NCBI GenBank assembly: GCA_044356455.1
Contig: JBIKWF010000001.1
Span: forward strand, 83,801-147,800
Direction: 5' to 3'
Length of the DNA: 64,000 nucleotides
Source: Bdellovibrionota bacterium
GTDB lineage: Bacteria; Bdellovibrionota_C; UBA2361; JBGSMV01
The notes under the pieces are model-generated. The model ran no database searches, was not told the origin of the DNA, and saw nothing but the letters and a program-made list of their open reading frames with translations. This document shows, piece after piece, positions 55,621 through 64,000 of this stretch. How positions within the stretch are numbered: position 1 is the first letter of the stretch; every line of letters begins with the position of its first letter. The translations under genes were made by a program, and so were the position numbers.

Positions 55621-56928
55621 ATGTCGCTACCTTCTAGTCAATCCTCATCAATTCCGTCACCTTCTATTCAGTCACCCTCTGTTCAGGCATCCTCTGGCCA
55701 GGCATCTTCTTCGAGCTTGGCCGAGTCCTCCGAGTTTCCTTGCTTCGCTTTGGGAGCGAGCCACGAGTTCCTTAAGGGAGACTTGCTGGAATCTCTAAGA
55801 GCCATGAAGCTGAAGCGGCTTGAGCAAGGAGAGGAAGTGGCAGATCTTTCCATGCTTAATCCCGATATGGCGCCGCCGCGATTTCTGCTCGACAAGCTTA
55901 TGGAGGCGTGCGCGAAACCCTACAACCACCGCTACGCGGTATCGCGTGGTGTGAGAAGGCTCCGTGAGGCCTTTGCGGAAAAGTATCAGGCACGCTTTGG
56001 AGTCTCGCTGCACGCAGAGTCCGAAGTCTGCGCAACTATGGGCACAAAAGATGCGGTGCTGCAGGCGCTGCGCGTACTTTGCGCACCCAAGGACAGAGTT
56101 CTTTGTGTGTCTCCGGTATATCCAGCGTACCGCTCACTTGCCGCGCTGCATGGCTTGGAACTTTGCACGGTGAAGCTGGAAGAATCGGAAGAGGGCACCA
56201 CGAACGCTCTTTGCCGCGCGATAGAGTCTCTTCGACCTAAGGTTGTGCTTCTTAACTTCCCGCATAATCCCACAGGTGCGGTTATGAGCCTCTCGTTCTG
56301 GAACCTGGTTCGGAGCCACGCGCGCAGCGTGGGCAGTGTTGTCTTGAATGATTTTGTCTACGGTGAGCTTCTTCACTCTGACGGATGTGCCGTAAGTGCC
56401 CTCTCGGGAGGGGGAGATTTTAAGGGCGTGGTTGAGAGCTATAGTCTTTCAAAGGCTTATAACGTGCCGGGCTGGCGGGTGGGCGCACTTGTGGGTGATG
56501 CCCGGATTGTTGAGCAAGTGAGCCGCGTGAAATCGCATGTCGACTACGGGATTTTTCTGCCCGTGCAGCTTGCCTCGGCCTCCGCACTTGAAGCCCGCGA
56601 GAACCTTACGCTGGCCTCGTCCGCAGAATACCGGGCTAGGGCTCAGGTTCTCAGTGCCGGGCTGAAGCGCTGCGGATTTACGGTTACTGAACCCAAAGCG
56701 GGAGGCTCTCTTTGGGCCAAGGGGCCCCAAGAGCTTAGCGGCTCGGGCTCGGTTCTTGCGGGCGCAGAAATGCTTCTTTCGCGAGCGGGGATACTTGCGG
56801 CGCCTGGAGTGCTTTATGGGGAGGAGTGGAGTGCGTACTTGCGTTTTGCGCTTGTGCAGCCTCCCGAGCGGCTGCGTGATGCGTGTCATCGCATCGCGGA
56901 GGTGGAAGGTGGGGTATTTCATGCGTAG
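55621..56928 (+). CDS. PLP-dependent class I/II aminotransferase (AlaC-like)
   Basis: Y..SRG...LR, LNFPHNPTG, D.VY, SLSKAYNVPGWRVG, KS..DYG.F. Confidence 0.9.
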   Translation: MSLPSSQSSSIPSPSIQSPSVQASSGQASSSSLAESSEFPCFALGASHEFLKGDLLESLRAMKLKRLEQGEEVADLSMLNPDMAPPRFLLDKLMEACAKPYNHRYAVSRGVRRLREAFAEKYQARFGVSLHAESEVCATMGTKDAVLQALRVLCAPKDRVLCVSPVYPAYRSLAALHGLELCTVKLEESEEGTTNALCRAIESLRPKVVLLNFPHNPTGAVMSLSFWNLVRSHARSVGSVVLNDFVYGELLHSDGCAVSALSGGGDFKGVVESYSLSKAYNVPGWRVGALVGDARIVEQVSRVKSHVDYGIFLPVQLASASALEARENLTLASSAEYRARAQVLSAGLKRCGFTVTEPKAGGSLWAKGPQELSGSGSVLAGAEMLLSRAGILAAPGVLYGEEWSAYLRFALVQPPERLRDACHRIAEVEGGVFHA

Positions 56929-58249
56929 CGCGCGCGTAGCAACGATTGGAGCAGCTCGGTTCTGCTTGAGGCGGGGCTCTCTCTCAGCACTTAGTGCTCT
57001 CATAGCTCTGAGCCTTTCGCCAACGGGGCTTGTGTTGGCTGAGGGAAATGCGCCTGAAAAAGCAGGCTATGAAAGCGCAGCGCAGAGTAGCTCGGCGAGC
57101 GCAGCCTCTTCCGCGAGCGACCGAAAAACCAGCTGTTATGAGGCAGGCACTAAAGTTGAAGAGGCCGTAAAGTCAGAGGCTCAAGGAGAGAAAGAGGAGG
57201 CCTTGTACCGCAAAGCGTTTGAGCTTTGTCCTACCATGGCTGAAGCTCCCTACAATCTCGCGGTGCTCCTCAAAAAGAAGGGCAGTTTGGATGCTGCTCT
57301 TGAAAATTTGCGTGCCGCTCTGCGCGCTCGGGAAGACCAAAACTTTCGCATCGAGCTTGGAAATGTCTTGAGTTTGTCCGGCAACATAGAGGAGGCCGAG
57401 CGTGAATTCCGGCGAGTTCTTGATGAGAATCCACGTTCTCCTAAGGCCTTACAGGGGATAGCGCTGCTCTATGCGAGCAAGGGCGAAAATGCAAAGGCGC
57501 TTGATTTTCTCGAGCGCGCGAAGGAAGCCGACGAGCTAGACTCGGTTACGTGGTTTAACTTGGCGGTGCTGTACGACCGTGCTAACCAGCTTGAAGCGGC
57601 AGTTCAGGCGTTTGAGCGCGCGGCTGCGCTCTCTCCTAAAGACGGCAGTATTCAACTTTTCCTCGGCCGTACTCTGAGGCGGCTTGGAGAAACGGAGAAA
57701 AGTCGGCGGGCTCTCGAGCGTGCCGCAGATTTGAGCCCTGATGAGCCAGGCGTGCAAGTCGCGCTCGGGGCTGTGTACGATTCTCAAGGTGACCCAGAGC
57801 GTGCTGAGCGTGCTCTGAGGCGCGCAGTTGAATCAGACCCTAAAAACAGCACCGCATGGGCGAACCTGGCGCTGGTCCAGCTTGATGGCGGGCGGGCCGA
57901 GGATGCGGCGAGAAGCGCCCGCATGGCAGTAGAGCGAGCTCAGCAAGACCCTCAGAGTAAAGCGGGCGCGGGCAAGGAAGAGACCTTGGGCCGTGCACAT
58001 GGCATTCTTGGCTGGGCTCTTTTGGAGCTTGGCAGGCTTGGGGAGGCCGAAGAAGTGATTTCTCGTGGGGCTGAGATTACGGAGACTGTGTCTTCGTCTC
58101 ATACCCGCGCCGCCAGTTATCTGACTCAAGCCGCCCTGAAGCTCCGTCAGGGCAAAACGACTGAGGCTAAAGAGAGGCAACGCACAGCGGCGGAAATAGC
58201 TCCCACGCTGCAGTATTCCCACGAACAAGGCTGGAGAGCGTGGCGATAA
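56921..58249 (+). CDS. Secreted TPR-repeat protein
   Basis: Signal-like N-terminus and about 8 TPR repeats; start trimmed to MRSARV, overlapping the upstream stop. Confidence 0.88.
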   Translation: MRSARVATIGAARFCLRRGSLSALSALIALSLSPTGLVLAEGNAPEKAGYESAAQSSSASAASSASDRKTSCYEAGTKVEEAVKSEAQGEKEEALYRKAFELCPTMAEAPYNLAVLLKKKGSLDAALENLRAALRAREDQNFRIELGNVLSLSGNIEEAEREFRRVLDENPRSPKALQGIALLYASKGENAKALDFLERAKEADELDSVTWFNLAVLYDRANQLEAAVQAFERAAALSPKDGSIQLFLGRTLRRLGETEKSRRALERAADLSPDEPGVQVALGAVYDSQGDPERAERALRRAVESDPKNSTAWANLALVQLDGGRAEDAARSARMAVERAQQDPQSKAGAGKEETLGRAHGILGWALLELGRLGEAEEVISRGAEITETVSSSHTRAASYLTQAALKLRQGKTTEAKERQRTAAEIAPTLQYSHEQGWRAWR

Positions 58250-58282
58250 CTCTCAAGAGTAAGCGAACCTTATGGGCGCGTC

Positions 58283-58450
58283 TTATTTCGGGGCGTCTTC
58301 ATTAAGCTGCACACCAGGTGGCAGCTCTGCTCCCGGAGGCGCCAGCATGGTGCGGGCCTGATTCGACCTCGAGAAAAGCACGGCCAACGCGATTACCGCG
58401 ACCGTGATAATGAGAAAATTTCGAAGTGCAGATTGCAGAAAGCCAGCCAT
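58283..58450 (-). CDS. Small single-TM protein (55 aa)
   Basis: MAGFLQSALRNFLIITVAVIALAVLFSRS...; fills the gap between neighbouring genes. Confidence 0.5.
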   Translation of the reverse strand: MAGFLQSALRNFLIITVAVIALAVLFSRSNQARTMLAPPGAELPPGVQLNEDAPK

Positions 58451-58525
58451 AAGGTGATAGGTTAGAGGCTCATACGTCAAGGGTAAAGCCCTAAAATTGA
58501 GGAACCAGGGAATTGTGCGTGCGCT

Positions 58526-59524
58526 ATGACGAACCAGGGCGGGGATAGTTTTCTTGTAACCGGTGCCAATGGCTTTGTGGGATCTGAGATGGTCCGCCTT
58601 TTGCGTGCCCAGAAGATTCATGCCCGTGCGCTTGTGCGCTCAAAGTCCAAGGGCGCGGAGCTCGCGGCGCTTGGAGCGGAACTGGTAGAGGGAGATCTTA
58701 CGCAGGTCGAATCTCTCGCGCGGGCCATGGAAGGCGTGCGGGGCGTGTACCACATCGGTGCGGTGTACCGCGAAACAACTATCTCGAATGAGACCTTCTT
58801 CAAGGTAAATGCCGAAGGTACAAGAAATGTATTTGAAGCTGCGATCTCTCGCGGAGTCTCGCGAGTAATTCACTGCTCAACGGGGGGAGTTCTCGGCGAT
58901 ATCAAGGGAGCTCCCGGGAGCGACGTTTCTCCCTACGCTCCAGAGGATGTGTATCAGGAGAGTAAGGTTGAGGGGGAGAAGATTGCTCTTGAATACTATC
59001 GCTCAGGAAAAATGGGCGGCGCCGTGATTCGTCCAGGGATGATCTATGGCCCCCGTGATACACGCTTTCTTAAGCTCTTTAAGGCAATTGCGCGGCGCCG
59101 CTTTGCACATGTGGGAAGTGGCCAGCAGTGGGTGCATTATGTTGATGTGCGGGACCTCTGCCAAGCATTCTTGCTTGCGATGCAGCACGAAGAGCTCAAT
59201 GGTCATATTTACTGTATCGCAGGTGCAACCCCAGTATCCTTTGCTACCTTTGTTGATCTGGTGGCAGAAAATTTGGGAGTTCGCGTGCCGCGTTGGCACG
59301 TTCCTTTGGCTCCGCTTCAGATCGCGGGAAGTGTGTGCGAGTGGATCTGTAAGCCGTTTGGTATTTCCCCTCCGCTCTATCGGAGACGCGTTGATTTTTT
59401 TAAGAAAAATCGCATTTTTGATATCACCAAGGCACAGCGGGAGTTAGGGTACACGCCAAGGCAGGGCCTCCAAGAGGAGGTTCGCGAAGTGGTAAGCTGG
59501 TACCGGGGGCAGGGGTTGGTGTAG
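58526..59524 (+). CDS. NAD-dependent epimerase/dehydratase (3-beta-HSD/HpnA-like SDR)
   Basis: VTGANGFVG, GDL, N..GT, CST.GV, YQESK, RP..IYGP.D. Confidence 0.9.
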   Translation: MTNQGGDSFLVTGANGFVGSEMVRLLRAQKIHARALVRSKSKGAELAALGAELVEGDLTQVESLARAMEGVRGVYHIGAVYRETTISNETFFKVNAEGTRNVFEAAISRGVSRVIHCSTGGVLGDIKGAPGSDVSPYAPEDVYQESKVEGEKIALEYYRSGKMGGAVIRPGMIYGPRDTRFLKLFKAIARRRFAHVGSGQQWVHYVDVRDLCQAFLLAMQHEELNGHIYCIAGATPVSFATFVDLVAENLGVRVPRWHVPLAPLQIAGSVCEWICKPFGISPPLYRRRVDFFKKNRIFDITKAQRELGYTPRQGLQEEVREVVSWYRGQGLV

Positions 59525-59535
59525 GTTCAAGCGGC

Positions 59536-60825
59536 ATGAGAATTCTCTTTTTAGCTCCGCAGCCATTTTTCCAAGAGCGCGGTACGCCAATTGCGGTCAG
59601 GCTTGCCGTTGAGGTGCTTGCCAAGCGTGCGGGCGATCAGGTGGATCTTCTCACCTACCACGAAGGTGAAGATGTGGCGCTTCCAGGAGTGCGTTTGCAC
59701 CGCATTCATGTGGGGAAATGGGGAGAGCGTTTGGGACTAAAGAGAATTGGTCCGGGGATCTCCTGCAAGAAACTTATTTGTGACGTCTTTTTTCTGTTTC
59801 GAAGTTTGGCGTTGGTAAAGAGCTCGCTTGCCTTGAACGTAAATAGCGGCTCTGAGAAAGAGCAGGGCCCTTACCACCTGGTGCATGCGGTTGAAGAATC
59901 AGTCTTTATCGCCTGGCTTATTAAGCGCCTTTGGGGGATTCCCTATCTCTACGACATGGATTCCTCTCTTGCCCTGCAATTGGCTGAGAAGTGGTGGTGG
60001 GTGAAGCCTCTTGCACCCCTTCTTAGCTGGCTTGAGCGCCTTGCCGTGCGTGAGAGCTTGGCCGTAGTTCCCGTGTGCGACGCGCTTGCCGCCATAGCGC
60101 AGAGGCATGGTTCGCGTCACACAAAGGTTCTGAGTGATATCTCGCTTCTAGGCATTGAGAGGGGCGATACTGCGCGTAATAAATCTGAGGGCGAAAAGAT
60201 TAATCTTCGCGCTGAGATGGGAGTTCCCTCTGACGCGAAGGTGCTCCTGTATATTGGAAACTTGGAACGCTACCAAGGTATTGATCTCTTAATTGAGAGC
60301 TTCTCGTCTATTGCAAAAGACTTCCCAGAGGCGCATCTCGCAGTGATAGGTGGCTCGGCTGCTCATATAGAAGCCTACCGAACCAAGTCGGCCCTACTTG
60401 CAAAAAGACAGATTCATATTCTTGGGCCTCGGCCGGTAGCGCAGCTCAATGAGTATCTCGCCGAAGCCTCGATTTTGGTCTCCCCGCGCACGCTCGGAAA
60501 CAACACGCCTATGAAGATTTTTTCATATCTTCATTCGGGCATTCCCGTGCTTGCGACTCGCCTTCCCACGCACACACAAGTCTTGACGCCCGACGTATCC
60601 GTCTTGGCCGCTCCTTCGATTGGCGAATTTGGCGCTGGTATGGCGACGCTTTTGGCGGATGCTGAAATGCGGGCTTCTATCGGCGCGCGCGCACGGGCAC
60701 TGGCCGAATCGCGCTACACTTTCGCGCAGTTCGAGCAGACACTAAGTAGTATTTACGACACGGTGCGCCAGTCGGTGGGAGAGACGCCGCTTCGCCCTGG
60801 CGGTTCGCTCGTAGTCGGAGGGTGA
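59536..60825 (+). CDS. Glycosyltransferase family 4
   Basis: APQPFFQERGTP, HAVEE, YDMDS, Y.GNLE.YQG, SPR..G.NTPMK. Confidence 0.9.
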   Translation: MRILFLAPQPFFQERGTPIAVRLAVEVLAKRAGDQVDLLTYHEGEDVALPGVRLHRIHVGKWGERLGLKRIGPGISCKKLICDVFFLFRSLALVKSSLALNVNSGSEKEQGPYHLVHAVEESVFIAWLIKRLWGIPYLYDMDSSLALQLAEKWWWVKPLAPLLSWLERLAVRESLAVVPVCDALAAIAQRHGSRHTKVLSDISLLGIERGDTARNKSEGEKINLRAEMGVPSDAKVLLYIGNLERYQGIDLLIESFSSIAKDFPEAHLAVIGGSAAHIEAYRTKSALLAKRQIHILGPRPVAQLNEYLAEASILVSPRTLGNNTPMKIFSYLHSGIPVLATRLPTHTQVLTPDVSVLAAPSIGEFGAGMATLLADAEMRASIGARARALAESRYTFAQFEQTLSSIYDTVRQSVGETPLRPGGSLVVGG

Positions 60826-60855
60826 GAAAGTTAGCCTATTTTTTCTGCTGCCTAA

Positions 60856-60984
60856 GGAGCCTCTGAAAAACCTCGATATTCTATTTTTTGTCTCTGTGAA
60901 CTCTGTGCCCTCTGTGGTTTTTCAAGGATATAAATCAACCACAGAGGGTACAGAGTTCACAGAACAGGCTTTTTCAGAGATTCC
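60856..60984. mobile_element. IS5-like MITE, copy 2, containing a 9-nt-period hairpin
   Basis: TIRs GGAGCCTCTGAAAAA / TTTTTCAGAGATTCC flanked by a CTAA direct repeat (60852-60855, 60985-60988); internal 27-bp near-perfect IR. Confidence 0.7.
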
Positions 60985-61035
60985 CTAAGTGATGTGCCCA
61001 AGCCGCTAGTAGGCCCATAGTTGAATTGGAGAGTT

Positions 61036-61506
61036 ATGAAGAGTCTTCAGCCCCTTATTCAGTCCAAGAGCGACAGGACCGCCTATGATGTACTAGGCGA
61101 CCGCTACACGCTGCTACTTTCGGCAGAGGAAACAGGTGGTGCCTACTCTCTTTTTGATTTTGAAGTACCGCCTGGCCGAGGCTCGCCCCCGCATATTCAC
61201 TCCCGAGAAGACGAGTCCTTTTATGTGCTCTCCGGGGAGGTGGATTTTATGGTTGATGGCAAGGTTACGAGAGCGAGGTCAGGGGATGTGGTCTTCGGCC
61301 CGCGTGGTATCAAGCATAACTTTACGGTGGTGGGCGCTTCTCCCGCCCGCATGATTTGCCTCACATCCCCCGGGGGATTCGAGAACTTCTTCGCCGCCGT
61401 GGGGAGCGTGGTTAAGGATAAGAGCATCCCGCCTCAAGCTCCCCGCGAGGAGGATATTCAACGGGTGGGAATTCAGGCTCCGTTGTTTGGGCTTGTCATG
61501 CTTTAG
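61036..61506 (+). CDS. Cupin-domain protein (quercetin dioxygenase-like)
   Basis: TGG.YSL, PPH.H..EDE.FYVL.G, GD....PRG..H.F, PGGFE.FF; GGAGAG RBS. Confidence 0.9.
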   Translation: MKSLQPLIQSKSDRTAYDVLGDRYTLLLSAEETGGAYSLFDFEVPPGRGSPPHIHSREDESFYVLSGEVDFMVDGKVTRARSGDVVFGPRGIKHNFTVVGASPARMICLTSPGGFENFFAAVGSVVKDKSIPPQAPREEDIQRVGIQAPLFGLVML

Positions 61507-61509
61507 GGA

Positions 61510-61547
61510 ATCTCACGGACCCAAGGGGATCCCGTGAGATATGACGG
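61510..61547. repeat. Dispersed hairpin element, copy 3 (last stem only)
   Basis: ATCTCACGGACCC-AAG-GGGATCCCGTGAGAT-ATGACGG between convergent genes. Confidence 0.8.
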
Positions 61548-63140
61548 CTAGTTTCTCCCTCGTATTTTCCGCCTCATTTTCTCCTTGAAATCTCTCAAGA
61601 GAACTCTTAGTGCTCGGCGCTTGTGGTTAAGCCAAAAGAGCCAATAGCCACCGGTGAGGAAGAATCGCAGGGCTCTTGCGCGAAGTTTTGGCAAGAAACA
61701 GAAGATATGGGACAGCATGTGCAGCTCAGTCTTAAGAAACTGCATGCCGTGATGACGCGGAAATTCAGAATAAGCGGCGCCATAATTGGGAATCGCCTTT
61801 CCCTGCCTGCGATGTGTCTCTATGACTCGAAATGCCCGCCAGCGCTTTTCAGATGCCATGAGTTTGTTTGATTCTAACACTTCGCGGCGCGTGACTTCGA
61901 CTGATTCAACTTTGCCCGCGTTCACGAGCTTTTCGTAAGCGGCGACGCCTCGCGCTGAGCGCAGGAGGCCAAAACTCCAGCCTTGATAAAGATCCACATG
62001 ATCCTCAGGGGGCGCCATCCACGGATCTCCCACGCTGATGTCGGCAAAATCCGAGAGGCCGTCAAAGCAGGTGGTGCACCGTACCGGGGTATAAAGCCGG
62101 TAAAGAACATTGATCACCTCGATGGAGCTTGGTCTGTATCCTTTGCGATCGCCAAAGTAGAACGGATAGAGCGAGCCATCCGCGAGTTCCACATGAGGAG
62201 TGCCAGGGTGTTTTCCCACGCGCGAAATAAAGCGCTTCACCTGAGCTTTTTTATCGCCAAGGGTTTCCCACATGACATGGAATGCCTCGTGTTCAATCGC
62301 CGCATGGCAGAAGAGTCCAATACTAAGTACCACACGCGATTTAATACGAGCGTCGAGCTCGGCTGCTTTGAGAAAACCATGGATCTGGCAAGGTAGTCCC
62401 ACGATGGCATAGCGACCGGGAATTTCGCGAATTTCGCCAAAGACAGAGTTCGTCGGGCTTATGGCATACTTAGACTTCATGCTCGAAAGGAGCTGCTCCC
62501 GAGAGCGGGCAACAATCGCTTTCCCTTTCCAAAGCTCTGACTCGTCTGATCCGATACATACCGCGCCGTCGATCTCGCCACTTTCGAGTAAATGGGCAAG
62601 AAGTGCCGTAACAAGTCCTCCGCTAGTTGAGTGCTCGCGGATAAAGGGGTCGGTGCTGGCTGCCAGTACACCTCGTTCAAACGGACCGTGCGTGTCGGTA
62701 ATGGTGGCCGGGCGGCCGTAAATCTCTTGGTGAAAGGCATTCAGGTCAAATTCATCGCCGGGGCAGACTCTGACACACAGGTCGCAGTCCGTGCAGGCGG
62801 AGAGGTTGTTCACCTGGGGATATTCTTCGGCGTCCCTCCCAAGGACTTTTGTGGGGCAAATGCCGACACAGGAGCCGCAGCGGTGGCAGAGTCCGCCGTC
62901 TACAATATGGGAGAGACTTCTGAGTGCTCTGGGTATGGGCGGCGATTCAGAGGGGCTGCCCTCGAGGGGAGCAAGGAAAGGGCTTGCCGGCTGAAGCGCA
63001 GAAGCGCGAAGAGGTGCCGTTTCTGGGAGGATTCTCAGACTACTGCGTCCTGCCGATGAGCCATGTAGCCCAGAACCTGCGGCGCCTGAGCTCGTTCCTG
63101 CAGGAACCTGGCGGTCATTTGGGGCTTCTGATGAGGGCAT
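61548..63140 (-). CDS. Coenzyme F420 hydrogenase beta subunit (FrhB/HCAR)-like Fe-S oxidoreductase with N-terminal ferredoxin domain
   Basis: C..CG.C...CP and C.DC..C...CP, SGG..T.L, SKY, VGLPCQ, GLFC, C..C.D....ADIS.GDPW. Confidence 0.9.
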   Translation of the reverse strand: MPSSEAPNDRQVPAGTSSGAAGSGLHGSSAGRSSLRILPETAPLRASALQPASPFLAPLEGSPSESPPIPRALRSLSHIVDGGLCHRCGSCVGICPTKVLGRDAEEYPQVNNLSACTDCDLCVRVCPGDEFDLNAFHQEIYGRPATITDTHGPFERGVLAASTDPFIREHSTSGGLVTALLAHLLESGEIDGAVCIGSDESELWKGKAIVARSREQLLSSMKSKYAISPTNSVFGEIREIPGRYAIVGLPCQIHGFLKAAELDARIKSRVVLSIGLFCHAAIEHEAFHVMWETLGDKKAQVKRFISRVGKHPGTPHVELADGSLYPFYFGDRKGYRPSSIEVINVLYRLYTPVRCTTCFDGLSDFADISVGDPWMAPPEDHVDLYQGWSFGLLRSARGVAAYEKLVNAGKVESVEVTRREVLESNKLMASEKRWRAFRVIETHRRQGKAIPNYGAAYSEFPRHHGMQFLKTELHMLSHIFCFLPKLRARALRFFLTGGYWLFWLNHKRRALRVLLRDFKEKMRRKIRGRN

Positions 63141-63247
63141 ACCGGGGCACTTAGACAAGTCGCGGTGTAAGGTAGCATAGCGCGCCGCAGACGTCGAAGG
63201 GCGCTTTCATGGCTTTTCCCTAAGGCTGGGTGAGGTAGGATGGAGCC

Positions 63248-63982
63248 ATGCCGTACGCCGATGTTGCTTCTTCCACCGAAGATTATGCTCGAAGATTCTC
63301 AGGGAGCGTGGGGGCCTGGCTCCTTGAGCGCCAGAGCCAGCTCCTTCGGGCCTTACTTGCGCGGGTTGTCTCGCCCCCAAGTGTGCCTTATTCCTTGGTC
63401 GATGTGGGGGGAGGTCATGGCCAAATAGTGCGAGCCTTTGCTCAGGCGCGCCAGCCTTCGCTTACTGTTCTAGGAAGCGACTCCTCCTGCAGTCAGAGAA
63501 TCACCGATCTTATAAATGAAAATAGGGTCCGCTTTGAGAGTGGGGACTTACTGCACGCCCCCCTTGCGGACCGAAGTTATGAGGTAGTGACGTGCATTCG
63601 GCTTCTTCCTCATATTGATGAATGGAAGGCTTTAATAGGGGAGCTTTGCCGCATTTCAAAAGATGCGGTGATTGTCGACTATCCTCCTCGCGCAAGTTCG
63701 AATATTTTCTACCCTTTGCTTTTCGCACTCAAATCAAAGCTTGAGGGAAACACTCGTACGTTTACCCTGTTTTCGCACCGAGAGATTGATGAGGCCTTTG
63801 CCGCGCATGGATTTACTCTGGCGGCGCGTGAGGGGCAGTTTTTCTTTCCTTTAGTTTTGCATCGGATTCTTAAAAGCACCTTCATCTCCAATTTTCTAGA
63901 AACGCCCGCTCGCTGGCTTGGACTGCAGAGGTTTTTAGGCAATCCAGTGCTTGCGCTCTATCGGAGGAGTGGATCTATTTAG
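63248..63982 (+). CDS. Class I SAM-dependent methyltransferase
   Basis: DVGGGHGQ, GDL...P, RLLPH, ELCR...VIVDY. Confidence 0.85.
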   Translation: MPYADVASSTEDYARRFSGSVGAWLLERQSQLLRALLARVVSPPSVPYSLVDVGGGHGQIVRAFAQARQPSLTVLGSDSSCSQRITDLINENRVRFESGDLLHAPLADRSYEVVTCIRLLPHIDEWKALIGELCRISKDAVIVDYPPRASSNIFYPLLFALKSKLEGNTRTFTLFSHREIDEAFAAHGFTLAAREGQFFFPLVLHRILKSTFISNFLETPARWLGLQRFLGNPVLALYRRSGSI

Positions 63983-64000
63983 AGATTCACCATGAATCGG

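Noticed and set aside
56756..56920. Upstream extension of the TPR ORF
   Set aside because: It overlaps the aminotransferase coding region; the ATG at 56921 gives a normal coupled start.

Overview
Bacterial chromosomal window from a Gram-negative organism (lpxL, lipoproteins and a sigma-54 site are present). The gene content looks delta-proteobacterial/Bdellovibrionota-like, but that is inference only. The left part (1-17 kb) holds housekeeping and envelope genes: the rluD end, pgeF, polyprenyl synthase, tRNA-Glu(TTC), queG, TerC, lpxL, an M50 protease, a CNNM/CBS protein and several secreted hypotheticals. The centre (17.3-52.6 kb) is a large, strand-scrambled surface-glycan locus. It encodes PglF/E/D/C-like bacillosamine-type enzymes, seven GT4s, three AsnB-like amidotransferases, four SAM methyltransferases, Wzx, a Wzy-like protein, an RfbE-like epimerase, a WbpO/WbpP-like pair and a Wzy_C ligase, with DedA and a subtilase embedded. 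The right part holds coaE, an SCP2 protein, an orphan kinase, an aminotransferase, a TPR protein and a second epimerase/GT4/FrhB/methyltransferase module. No transposase, integrase, cas gene or CRISPR array is visible. The intergenic DNA carries several repeat families: a 199-bp REP-like tandem array, IS5-like MITEs enclosing 9-nt-period hairpins, a perfect 30-bp inverted repeat bracketing one gene, and a dispersed three-hairpin element with compensatory changes. The most interesting hypothesis concerns two paralogous secreted proteins ending in P-[IL]-S-P-x-[ST]. They sit directly behind pglF and directly behind the ligase, bookending the glycan locus, and may be substrates of a dedicated protein glycosylation system.
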